This document shows, piece by piece, positions 15,035 through 28,000 of a stretch of DNA of 64,000 nt (its first letter is position 1; each line of letters opens with the position of its first letter). Both the position numbers and the translations under genes were made by a program. The notes under the pieces were generated by a model. That model made no database searches. It saw only the letters and a list, made by a program, of their open reading frames with translations, and was not told where the DNA came from. The DNA is from Trichoplax adhaerens (lineage: Eukaryota > Animalia > Placozoa), in the NCBI RefSeq assembly GCF_000150275.1, contig NW_002060958.1, forward strand, positions 100,966-164,965. Direction: 5' to 3'.

Positions 15035-18000
15035 ATGTCAAAATCAGCACGGATAATATCAATCTTCATCATCTCCTGCCTAGCAATTGCGAAAGCTTCC
15101 ACGCGATATGATTACTGCGTTCTTGGTGCTGGTCCTGGCGGTAAGTTAACATGCAATCCAAGTGTCGCTATAATTTTTTATGATGGTCGCCATATTATTA
15201 TCTGCCTCCTTTTTCCGGTTATCTTGGATTGAGATCGGAGTCGGTTTATTGCCGATAGTCCGCGATATAATTATGGAGTATAACCACATGAATTACCAAT
15301 CATTCATGCTCAATCGACGAAATTGAATTTTAGTAATTGATTCAGTATGCGTCCATTTAATTAGAAGTCACTTGTTGTGTTCTTATTCGCACTTGCTGCA
15401 GTTCTCACCTGTTGAATTTTTGTTTAGCTTTATTGTCTTACGGTGACAAGCGACAAGTAAAAAATATCTAGATTGTGATAAGCTTTACCACCCTTTTCTT
15501 CCTACTTTTACAAGCAAAAGAACGAGAATGATCCTAACTGAAGACTTTAGTTAGCTTGTATAATTTGTTACTGTACGTTATCTATCAATTCCTGTACTAA
15601 CTACAGAATTTATTACGGTACTGTAAGGATTTAATTTTATTTTTTCAGGACCAGCAATTTCATTTTAAGGGCGATTGTAATCAAGTTATAATTTATTTAC
15701 GGTATCATTAGTAATTGATAAATTCTGGTCTTCAATACGTAGAAGCTTAGGTTTAGTTTACACGTTGTACGAAATCTTTTTCAATCGGATGAATAAATTT
15801 AAAGAATATTTATACACTACTATTAATGCCCGTTATAACAGCCCTTCTTACCATCCTTATTCCTCCCACAAGTTTTAGAGTGATTCTATGGCATTTATAT
15901 GGGAAAATAGTCATTCTAAATCTTATTCATTTTTTCAATAATGGCCAAAATGTTAACAATCTATTTCTTAATACTTAATAAATTGTTACAGAAATGCAGC
16001 AAGTACTTTTAGATTATCTTTCTATGCTCTGTTCTATATCAAGATGATTTTATACTCACACTGCAACTAAGGCAGCTTAACATTTTGTACCGTAGAATGA
16101 AGTGAAATCGATGCTAAGTGATGTATTTTCGTCACTCATATTTCTTTCTCAGATAAACTAATTTATAAGGATTGTTTCTGGTACTGTTTAGGCAGGGCTA
16201 TGAAATTTTTAATGAGCTAATAGTTAAAATTTAATATAAAATCTTGTTGATTAGTGTAAATTATCATGACTGGATAAGGCATAAAACAAACATTACTTTA
16301 GTGTCAGTCACTCTGTATAAACGAAAATGCATATTTTTTAGAGATAAATTAGCTTCGCAACAGTAAGAATTTCCTTTGGTTGTTTTGCTATCAGTCGCTT
16401 TGCTGCATACTGTATACTGATGAAAATGGTTCAAATTATGGTTTATAATGAGCCGTTTGCTAGTAACTTTATTCAAGAAATTAGATTAATACAACAACGC
16501 TCTCCCTAAATATACTGGACTAAGCCAGTAAACTATAGGTTAAGCTAATAGCAGAATTGACGACATATTGTAGTGGGAGCGCTAAAATCAATTTTCTTTC
16601 CCTTCCTAATCACACAATGATCCATTGCTATAGCCCTATGAATTAATTTTCAAGCCTAAGCCGATAGCAAGTATTAATATATCAATATTTAATTAAGACA
16701 AGCACTGCAAACAGACAATGATTTATTGATTAAACTAGTTCGACCAGACATAGAAAATAATACTTGATAGTGTCCTTTCCTTTTAAATTTAAGAATTCAT
16801 ACAAACGACATCGATGTTATTCTATAAACTCTACTAATCCACTGCTATATAATGACAAACATTTTGCAATAGTATATAAGTTCTAAGAATATTAAGCTTG
16901 CCGAATAACCGGAAGTATAGCTCATAAACATGACCATTAGATCTTATCCTTCATAAATTTTATCCCTATAGGAGATCTTTTTCTACGAACGTTATTGAAC
17001 AGCTAACTTATTAGTATAAATTAAGCCTTCGTAAGGAAAATATCCTTCTTAAACTAATTTTAATTCTTTCCTAATAAATATCAAATTACTCCCTGATTAA
17101 TAAATTGAACAGGCCGACAAGAGGATAATGTTTACCTGATGCGAAACAAGTAGCAATCGATATCTTTAAACAAGGATTTCATAAAGACAGAACAGTGCAC
17201 TACCTAAGCGAATTTACTGCAAATTATGATATTTTAGTACATTGTTACCGACCGACGCTAGTAAAAAATAATAAAGCTTAAATATTAAATTAAAGCATAC
17301 ATATCACTTGTTAGCAGAAGAAATTAATAAGCCGACAAATGCATGCATGTATTAAAATGTAAGGCATCTTATAGGGTTGCCTTAAAGATAGGCTAAATAA
17401 TATAGAAATGACTAAATCCGTACATTCTAAAATCTCCTGATGTGATTTATAACCGGAACTAAAAATTGATACATTGAATTGACACCATTAATATTAATCA
17501 AATGTACAAGTAATGAACGTAAATTTAGAATTTGGCTGACTTTTACATTGATTAATTTCTTTCTTCTAGGATTGCAAATTAGTTATTTTATGCATAAAGC
17601 CAACAGAAATTATATCATATTTGAAAGAAATAGCATAGCAGGTTAGCCAGTCAAATAGAGTATTACAATAAAATATAATTGTTTATGAATGAAGGACTTT
17701 AGCGATTATGGTACCGATTCAACAGTATAGGGCATTAGACTGGTGGTGGTTTATTCTTTTAAAGCTTATAAACTATGACGATATTTTATTTACCTTATCT
17801 GCTTCAGGTTCTAGTTTTACCAAGTTTCCTCGCCATCGCTATTTAATTTCCGCTAATAAAAGATTTACCGGTAAAAATAGATTTTTTCCTTGAAATTATA
17901 TTAAGATTCGAATCAATGATCTAGGCCTATTTTCCGAAAATATTTTAGATATTTATTATGTATTCATATACTACCTTCAAATTAGGAACTAAGAATATCG

Positions 18001-21000
18001 AATTTAACTGGCGGCATGATTGGAATTCATTAATAAGCCATAACGAATCTTTAGTTATGACACGATATTCAGAATTGTACTTTCCACACGCGGATGATTT
18101 AGTAAGTGGAATATTGTTATTGCTGGCCATGATTTGCATATTAGCAATCATTTCCTTGATTAATTTTTTTATGGCCATAAACTCTCTTAATCAGAACTAA
18201 TATTTGACTCATTAAGGTTCGCTACTTTGTGGATTATGCTAACGAATTGAAATTGAACATTCGCTATAACACTCGAATATCTCGTATTTCATCAATCCAA
18301 GATCCAATGAATCAAAATAAAAAAGTCTTTGAATTCCGTGATGCTAATGGCAATACTTATCACTGCAATGCCTCCATCATAGGGTTTGTTTAACACTTTA
18401 CTGGTATAGATAATTATCATTAATACTCAGTATTCTAAACCATCTTGAAACAATCTCAGTTTATGAAAAGATATTAAAATAAGTTTACACTTAGGATAAA
18501 ACTGAAATTATAATTTTTATCAGTTCCAGCTACAGATAGTAAACTACTTCAGTATACTGGTTGTAAAATTACCGAAAGTCCTTGTTACAACTTCCAAATT
18601 TTGTAACAAGTACTAGATCTGCACTCAGCAAGGAGACCCAGTAATTAAGTTGAAGAACTAACTTTATTGTTAAAATAATGAGTTTATATACTTTCTTTAT
18701 TGTGACCTTTGATCTACTGGCGTAGATCACAAGATCATCACTAAGAGAAAGCTTTCCCTAGTTTAGACATTACAAATAGGATATCATACCGAGTATGGCA
18801 ACATGAGAATACATATATAGATAAGCTTAATATAGTACCATAACTACATCTATATACGCATGACGTGATATTATCATCGTGATATTTAACCATATATAGA
18901 AAGAAGGTAACATACTAATTATGTAACTATTACAGAACGTGACAGTCCTGTAACTAAATAACGTCTCTATCGCAACCATACCATCTTATAAGCAATTTAT
19001 ATGGAGGCTGTTATCTAGAAAATTTATAGTCTCACAAATAATATTCTTTCTCATTAGTACGGGTAATGCTGCCGCTAATATTCCTAAAGATGCCATCGGC
19101 ATTGAACATACTGTTGTAAGTTTAGAACGCTTTAAATAGAGCTATATTCAGCATTATTAGTTTATATTTAACGATAAAATAGATTGAATTTTGCTGACTG
19201 AAATTTTAAAATTAAGACTTTGAATTGGCTTCTGGAGGTAAATGGGTCAAAGTAAAACGAATATTCTGTGTAATGTAATAAAATTTATTCGTTTTTCAGG
19301 GCTACGAAAGCGTTTCCACGGACCCTAAAGATTTCAAAGGCCAAAATGTTCTCATTTTAGGAACAGGTACAGCTTACGTTATATCTAGATCATTATGTTG
19401 ATTTTGGCCTATCATACATTAGTGAATTTTATCTCCATCGTATTTAACACCCTCTCCTATAACATACATTGATTAGGTAATTCGGCCTTTGAAATAGCTA
19501 AAGTTATATCTTCTTCTACCAACTATATCCATATTACCGGAAGGTAAATTTACTTCGATAAGCTGTCTTGAATATATCAATTAACTGACAAGCTTTCCTA
19601 TAATTTAATTTCATATTAAAATTTAATCTAAAATTGTTCACAGTTATTGTTAAAATAAAGTATTATATTGACCTGTATAGCTTTTAATAACAAGTTTTGA
19701 AGTTAGAATATTCATTTATCAGCTATTATGAGAGCAAAATAAGGTCATTTAGATCATGAATGAGATCAATATTTATTTCAGAATTATAAAATCATTCCAA
19801 CATGTAAAGTATAATAATTTTTAGACTCTTTAGGCCAAAATTTCTGATCCAGAATACTATCTATTTACCTTGTTCAAATTTACGACTTTATCTAGTCTAT
19901 CTTAGATAGATTATTGTGCTATAAATCAAAGTCTATAATTCTAATATTGGTCATGAATATCCAATTTTCAGGTCTGAACTGCGTCAATCATGGTCTACAC
20001 ACTATGTTGGCGATGTCAGGTGAGGATTCTACATAAATTCTATATTGATAATAAATTATTTACTATATTATCAACTGAGCCTAGCTTATTGCAACTGTTT
20101 ATGTATTTACAGAGGGGTTAATCGACAACATCTCGACGGCAGTCAGTTAAAATCATTGGATGGCATTACATGTAAATAAGAATATTGTAATCCCAAATCT
20201 TTCCTTCAAATAATCAAAAATCACTGAAATGATAGCTTTATAAATTTTAACGAGATCTATTTTATGAATAATATAGATGGCGATATTAATCGATTCGTTA
20301 TTGTGAAAGGAAAAAATAATAAATTGCAAATATATCTCAAAAACGTGACCAATAATCAAGTCCTTGGACCCGGTATTATTCTATATAGAGTACCTCGCTA
20401 AAGTTATAATCAGCTGATATTCAATGAATTGTAGCAAAAATATTTATATTTCTCTCCTTACTCTACGACTTCTAAAAAAATAATATAATTTACTGGCATT
20501 AATGACATATTGATTAATACTATGCTTATGATATCGTATTTTATTTACGACATATCCTTATATTCTTATCATTAATTTCCTATAGTGGAAGAAAATTCTC
20601 CTTTCAGAAAGGAATATGATCATATTATTCGATGCCTTGGATTTACAGTAAGAATTTAAATCTAAATTTAAATTTTAAAAACTAGACTTTAAATGATATT
20701 AGATCTTAATACCAACTACTTAGCCTTCAAAAAATATAGCTCGGTCGTTTCAGTTATGTTAATGAATGTGATATATGATCTTAATTATTTAGCACGATGA
20801 ATCCATTTATGATGCCTCTGCGCATCCTATCAGTGGTGAAGGAAAACTTCGAAAATATCCTAAAATTCATCCAAACTTTGAATCTGTTAACGTCCCTAAT
20901 ATGTTTTTCGGTAAGAAATACTGTAAACAGAAGCAGTAAACTTTAATAAGCAATTTTAAAAACACTTTATCCATGGAACGAGTTTGTATCCCAATATGAA

Positions 21001-23013
21001 ATAAAGCATTCATGCTTATCTATACGCGTACCTTCTATCTAGTTGGAGCTATAGCACATTCTCTAGACTTTCGTAGATCATCTGGAGGTTTCATTCATGG
21101 ATTCCGCTACTCCGGTATTGAAATACTTTTCATTTATAAATAAGTTTTCTACATCTCAATAATTTACACTAAGGTATTTTAATTTGGTCAAATATAATTA
21201 TAATAGCCATTGTAGCACATCATATGATGGAATGGAAGTACCATGGCATTCCTTGGCCGTCGAAAACAATATCTACTAACGGAATGCTTCCAAATTTGCT
21301 CAAAAGAATTAATCAGGCCTCGGTAAAACGCCTAATTCAGATAATGTTGCAAAATTAAATGAAATGTAATTAATGGAAAATTTGTGACAATTGACTTATA
21401 GGGACTATATCAAATGTTCAGTATCCTAACTGATGTCATCCTTATAGGTATGATCATTTGCTTTTGACATTCTGCAGAGATAATGTAAAAATAAATAATT
21501 AATGAATTAGGCCTAAATTGAGCTAATTTTCACTAGTAATCGCTTCGACTAAAGTATTTCGCTCTAGAAGTAGACTTTAAAGAATTTTTTAGTCAATTCT
21601 TACTTCGTACGGTTAAGATATCAGGATCTTTAAGGGTGATATATTTTGATATTTGAAGTTAACTAGTAGTTTCTAATTTTATGAAGTACAATACAGTATG
21701 ATTGTTGTTTTTGACATTCTGCGAAAATGACATAAATAATTAATGAATTTGGCCTAAATTGAGTTAACTTTCACCTACAAACATTTCAATAAATGTTTTT
21801 ACCTGCTAGAAATGGACTTGAAAGAATATATAGTCAAGTTTTACTTTCTATAGTTAAGCTATCAGCATCTTTAAGGGCCATATTTTGGGAAATTTGAAGT
21901 TAGCTCGTGGTTCCTAATTGTGTTTTATTATGATTTATGCATTATTTGCATCTTACACACAGATGATAGTGGGAATCATAAATACTTAGAAGATATTCCA
22001 ATCCGTGCTATACCAAATTTAAAAAGTAAGACCAGCAAATTGCTATTGATACGCAAAAGTGATTATTGGTAATCAATAATTTTCCTAACGTAATCTATAA
22101 TGAAAATATGCATTCTACACTAGAGCTAACTGGTGTTCCTGCTACCAGAAGAATGCTTATTATGGCTTTTGAATATGGAAAGGGCTTTGCTGGTCCCCGG
22201 TAATATAACAGCTCATCAAAATTTATACAGCTATAGTCTTCATCAACATTTTTATATACATTTTGTTCATATTTTCTGTCTTTGATGATAATTACTGGGT
22301 TTTCGCGACCAGAACTGATACTCTTGGCCCAGATCGCGTTAACGCAGAATGGCAAATTGCACATAAATGTAACTTTATCCACCCTAAAATATATTATTAC
22401 GATCATCCATTAACAGGTAAATTTAAGCTTGTTGCTACCTACTACTGTAATTTAGATGGAACAATAATCTCTATTTCTTAACCGAATTGAAAAAATTAGA
22501 ATTAAATCCAGATGGTACATTACCGACACCAAAAAAAATACATCATGTTGTTGAAGACTTTTTGACAGAATGGTAAGCTTCAACTCAGTAATCAGCTATG
22601 TAAAGCTTATCCTATTTTCTTCATGTGATAAATATAGACCATCTTTTGCACCGATATCTAAGCTATCAATGACATATGCATACTCAGTTACCATGGTATG
22701 GCCTAATATTGCATTCTGCTTCTAGGGATAGTATGCAAGATCACGTTATTCCGCTTAAGAAATATCTGCAAACTGTGATGGCTGAAGACCTCACACATTA
22801 TTATTATTATTCGTGCTTAAAGGTAAATCCAATCGATATCATAATTCAAATATAAATACCTTATATTATCGTAATCCTTTATTTAATTATCGTTGTACTT
22901 TTTTGAATATTTAGGCATTTCTAAAGTTTAAATCAGTTCCATATTCTTGCATGAATGAACAAATTTTGCAAAAACCAAAATATAGTAAATATCCTGGGCC
23001 TAAAAGTATTTAG
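15035..23013 (+). CDS. FOXRED2: FOXRED2/ERFAD-like oxidoreductase, copy 3 (complete, 22 coding exons)
   Basis: ATG 15035 (CACCATG). Exon 1 reads MSKSARIISIFIISCLAIAKASTRYDYCVLGAGPG. Intron 1 is about 2.4 kb (15141-17569). Motifs: FPRHRYLISANK, EFNWRHDWNSLI, LGTGNSAFE, LRQSWSTHYVGDVR, DFRRSSGGFIHGFRY, CNFIHPKIYYY. Last exon 22915-23013 ends KYPGPKSI-TAG. Confidence 0.94.
21448..21925. repeat. Tandem duplication (248-bp period) making up most of intron 16 of copy 3
   Basis: gtatgat...ttttgacattctgc...aaataattaatgaatt.ggcctaaattgag.taa.tttcac...tatcag.atctttaaggg...tttgaagtta starts at 21448 and again at 21696. Confidence 0.8.
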
Positions 23014-23970
23014 AAATGATCATGTCACATCATTCATTTCATTTTCTGCTAATTTATACTTGCTTTTTGCTAGTCGTTAAATATTGTTGCGATGGCCTCT
23101 TTTAAGAACTCTCAGTCTAGCAGAGACCTTAATAATATTTCGTAACTGACAAATAATTTATTGAACTTTCGTTCATCGATATCGCAGTTACTTAGCCCTT
23201 CTCAATATATTGAAAACTAAACTTGCTACTGCGTAATTGGTTGTATCGTAAATTTTACTAACTCTTCTGAGACCATATGTTAATAAAAACTAAAATTTTA
23301 CAACTGTTGAAATTTTTGTTTGTCTAAAATATCAAATTTGATTAGATTATTACCGTATAGTTTTGATAATTTAAGACTTGAGCATGGCTTAAAGACTTAA
23401 TTAAATCAATACATTAAATCACAAAATTGATCATTTTTTAATTAGTTTAGCTGCACTATGGTAATCTGCGATTACAAAATAATTAACTCAAAATTATTTT
23501 AGAACATGCCATTGGTGATGCAAGATTCTAATCATGGAGAGACTTAAGTGTTATGTAAAGGCTTTTTCAGTCTATGATACAAAGAGATATAGATTGAAAA
23601 ATCGGAATAAAACCTTAAAAATGAAATTAGTACATGAAAAAGTCTTGCCAAATCTTGACATTAGATCCGCACTCAAAATCCTACTAATTACATAATAATA
23701 ATACGGCTACCAATATGAAATGGGTGTCGAGCTCTAATTGTAATTCTTGGAAAATCGAGTGCTGTAGCATAAACTCATTAAAAGAATAAAAAGATTTATT
23801 TTTATCAATTCTGGCACTGCATGCTGTACAGATAGGGTATCGTTAGATTATACACTACTTGATTCATGTTATTAGCTCATTAATTCGGAAAGTTTGGGAG
23901 CGTAAAGAGCACTGAAAGTAGCAATTCATTCCCGTTCAAGCCTTAAATTCAGAATGAAATAAAAGAAGTA

Positions 23971-24320
23971 TTCCAATTAAACCGTTAGTACTAATTTACA
24001 GTACGTAGCTCCTGTAAATCTTACAACGCTAACTCTAACTACAATTCAACACACAAATCCTATATGAAGTTCAATAACAACTGGACTTAACTTCAGTAAT
24101 AAGAGCGAAGTATCCCTCTATGCCCAATTATTCCGAAGTCAGAAACATTCTAGTTGAACCATTAGTACTAATCTACATTACACAGCTCCAGTAAAATCTT
24201 AGCAACTCTAATTGTAGCTGTAATTCAACACCTAAATTCTATAAGAAATCCATCTGTGAATGGATTGGATTTCAGTATTAAGACTAAATTTTTCTCTATA
24301 CTTAATTATTCTGAAGCAAT
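23971..24320. repeat. Tandem duplication, period about 177 bp (intergenic, copies 3/4)
   Basis: acc.ttagtactaat.taca.tac..agctcc.gtaaa...aattcaacac..aaat.ctata...ttcagta.taaga...aattatt..gaag at 23981 and 24158. Confidence 0.75.
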
Positions 24321-25038
24321 ATCACTAAACGCATTTAGTTCAAAATAGAATTGCAGCAGATTAATTTGAATTGCTGTAAATTATTTTAGTACTTTCGGTA
24401 GTTCAAAACTACTTATAAGACGAATAGTTTTAATCGGAAGTAGAAAGTAACTGGTATAATGGAGATTGATCGATGCTTTATCTGCCCTCTCTATGTACAT
24501 CACAGATTAAATCTGCTAAATTCTAGAATAAATTATTTTTCATTCTAAAATTTACATCAGCGGCGTAAATAGGGCTCATTTAGGGCAGAAGGGGGAGTGC
24601 AGCCGTGAAATGATGATTGAGGCACTAGCCCCTGAGACTGCTTTTTATAGTAAATTCTATAGAAATATTAGAAAAACAATGCAGGGGCATCCTTTATTCC
24701 ATATTTATAGGCTAGTAAAATAAAAGATTTTATAGTAGACGTGAAGCATTCTTCTATACAAATAAATAAATATTATGAAAGAACGCACGATTATCATAAC
24801 AATGATAAGAACCAGTTTGGGGACCGAATTGTTTGCCGTCATTATAATTTTTCATAGTTATACTAAGAGATTCTTTAGGTTTAGGCCATTTTTCCCAATA
24901 CGAAGATTATTCTCAAGAAGAACATTCTTAACTAGCGGTCAAGCACTACTTCTTCGTCATTTAATATTTGAATATTGCTTCCTAGAAATTATTTAGTTAG
25001 TAGTCGCGACCAAACAGCATTAATAATAAAGCAGAACC

Positions 25039-28000
25039 ATGAAGAAAAACATTTTATTAACGCTATCTATACTCGTATTGCTTGAATTACTATCGATGAT
25101 TCAAGCTCAGATAACATTAAAACTTTATAAATATTGCATCGTTGGTAGTGGTCCAGGAGGTAAAATGATTCACTTTTTAAATCATATAGTATAGATGGAA
25201 ATGAAATTGTTTAGTAGAATTTTTAAAGTTAGAATTGCTGAATAATTGTTATTTCTATCAAATTGATGGCTAATATTTTCCCTGAAATAGCTAATGAAAG
25301 ATTTAATGTAGTAATACGAATAATTGACTATTCTGTAGGTCTTCAAATGGCCTATTTTCTAAAGAAAGCCAACCGAAAATATATCGTGTTTGAAAAAAAT
25401 AAGATATCAGGTCAGTCTATCTAATTACAGACTCCATATCGGATTCGCTTTACTTTGATATAGCACCTATAGATCATACGAGACAGAAGAAATAGCGAAA
25501 GTAGTTTGAATTTCTAGCGTTGATCGAAATAGCACTGTGATCGTTACCGTATTTTCTCAACTCTTTAATATGAATTTTAATAGCAACAAAGATATTTTAA
25601 ACCCTTTCTACAAACCAATTAGTTATTCTCATTATCGGTAGAAAAGACGGATCATGCTAGCTTTTAACTTAATTTTCCAATTCAGGGTGGTTCCGAAGCA
25701 ATTTTGTAACTTATTATCATACTATTTCAAGTTGAAGTATCGCATAAGATTTTTTTAATAAGCCCTACCTATCTTAATTCAAGAATAAACTAAAATTTTA
25801 CCTAGTAAATCATCTACAGTGCCGAACTAGAATCGAAATTAGCTCTACTAATCTTCGCCATTACGATTTTTTAGCATATTTTACTTTAGAACTTAAAAAT
25901 TTTACAGTTGGATACTTTTATCAGCCATGTTTTCCCAGTCAATATTTGCTAAATTCAATTTGTTAGCGATAGTTCATTCAAACATTGATCTATTATTTCT
26001 TCCATCTACGTCTGATTTGATATACGGTACTCTTTAGTGTTTCGTAACTGCTGCGTTTATTCAGTTGGTACCCTAAATACGCGTACTCTACACGTTTCGA
26101 TCTCTGCCATTAATTATTAATTACAATAGTTTCGACGCATTCGATTCTTACTTTACTACCAAATAGGATCCATAATAGGTATATTTTAGCTACGTTTCAA
26201 GGATCTGCATCGCTACCAGTATAGGCAACATTAAAATTTTCGGATCGTAAAATAATCTTTCATTCATAAAGAAAAAAATCCTCTTCCACACTAGTAAAAC
26301 TATCTATCAACAGGTGGCATACCGTCTTGATTTAATAGCTATGTCAATGAATTAATAGCCAAAGCATATTTCGATAAAACGCTTTTTAAATAATATGCTA
26401 CGCGAATAAAATAAACTAGCTCATTTTCTTTCTCATTCATTTTTCACTTTAAAGTTCATACATTTGATGATTGTTTTCTCCAAATGGTATAAGTGCTAAT
26501 ATAAATTATTATTAAAAACTAGGGTCATTTTTCACTCATTATCCACGACATCGGCAACTTCTATCCGTCAACAAGAAATTTACAGGTACAGCATCACCAC
26601 TTAAAATATTATCGTTGCGATATAAAAGTAGTCTTATTAGAGAATCGATATTCTAAATTTAAGCCATTATCCCATTGTAAACCTGGAAATGGCTCTAAAT
26701 GACGTTGTAATAAAAGTACCTACATTATTCTATGTAATCTAAAATCAAATTCAGTTATAAAACTATCCTAGCCAAAATAAAATTTTATAAAAGGATTACA
26801 TTAAAGAATAGAATTTGAGAATAGTAGAGCAATAATTAATTAATGGCAAGAATCTAACCTAAAGTAGCGTAAGCTCTAAAAAAGAGGTATAGAAGTGTGC
26901 CCAAACTCATATCTAGACTTCTTAAATACACTTAGTTTATTCTATTAATGGCAATAAAATGTTGTCTTCAATCAGACTTTTGTAATCAAAAAGTCGTTCT
27001 CTTCACGTAAATAATCAAGTTATCAAACGAATCGATTAATTTAAAATATTACCACTTTTTCATTAATTTCCAACACCGTAAGATCGAGCAGTTTACTGCA
27101 ACTTAGGTACCCTGGTACATCAAGTCACCTAAATCATGTACGATATTGTCACCGACTACTTCCTGACAAGTTTACTAGTCTAACGTAAAGCACTAACTTT
27201 GAGTTGATTCTACAGATTACTACCCTAATTTATCGAAAGATCGAATAAGAATATGGTACTGCTACTATAACGCCTAAGAACTACCCATCTAAAAGGCTCA
27301 AAACTAATAGATACGTTGTACTATAATCTACAAAAGTCTATAACACTGAAACACTGTCAGCAACATACTTTCCTAAACTCTATTAATTTGGCAACGTAGT
27401 GTCGTAACATATATTTAATTAATTGGCTAATATTAGCTATCTACTTAATATTAGCTTCGCGATAATATCCAAAATTAGATGTCTAACCGTATCAATTATA
27501 GGTATCAATACAATCAAATATGGGGTACATCACTGCAAAAGTGTAAAAATGATCTTAAGTTATTCTGTATTCAATCCTAATTCATCTTGTATATCTGCGT
27601 ATTTATATTTATCTAGGCGCTAAGAATGCTGAATTCAATTTGAGACATGACTGGAATAGTCTCTTAAGTGATAATGCCAGCTTAATCATGCCAAATTACT
27701 CTGATAAATACTATCCACATGCAGATGAATTGGTAAGCACACTAATGAGTGGATTATAAGAATGTAATTGAAAAGGCTTTGAATTAAGTTATGACACAAA
27801 TTTAAAAAATTGACGGTTTTGTTATTAGTAACTAGTATTTAAGTATTTAAGTCATATATTGTAAGATACGCCGTTCGATTTACATGAATTTAATTAAATG
27901 CCTTTATGAACTTAAACCAACTTATTGACCAAATTTTAAATAGGTTCGCTATCTTAATGATTATGCAAATCAATTCAAATTAAATATCCAATATGATACC

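Noticed and set aside
22798-22810. (TAT)4 run giving HYYYYSC in copy 3 instead of NYYADSC
   Set aside because: In-frame micro-slippage or substitution with no evident consequence.
24558-24690. GC-rich patch starting cagcggcgta...ggggg...gcccctg, reminiscent of a hAT-type MITE end
   Set aside because: No matching opposite TIR or TSD found.
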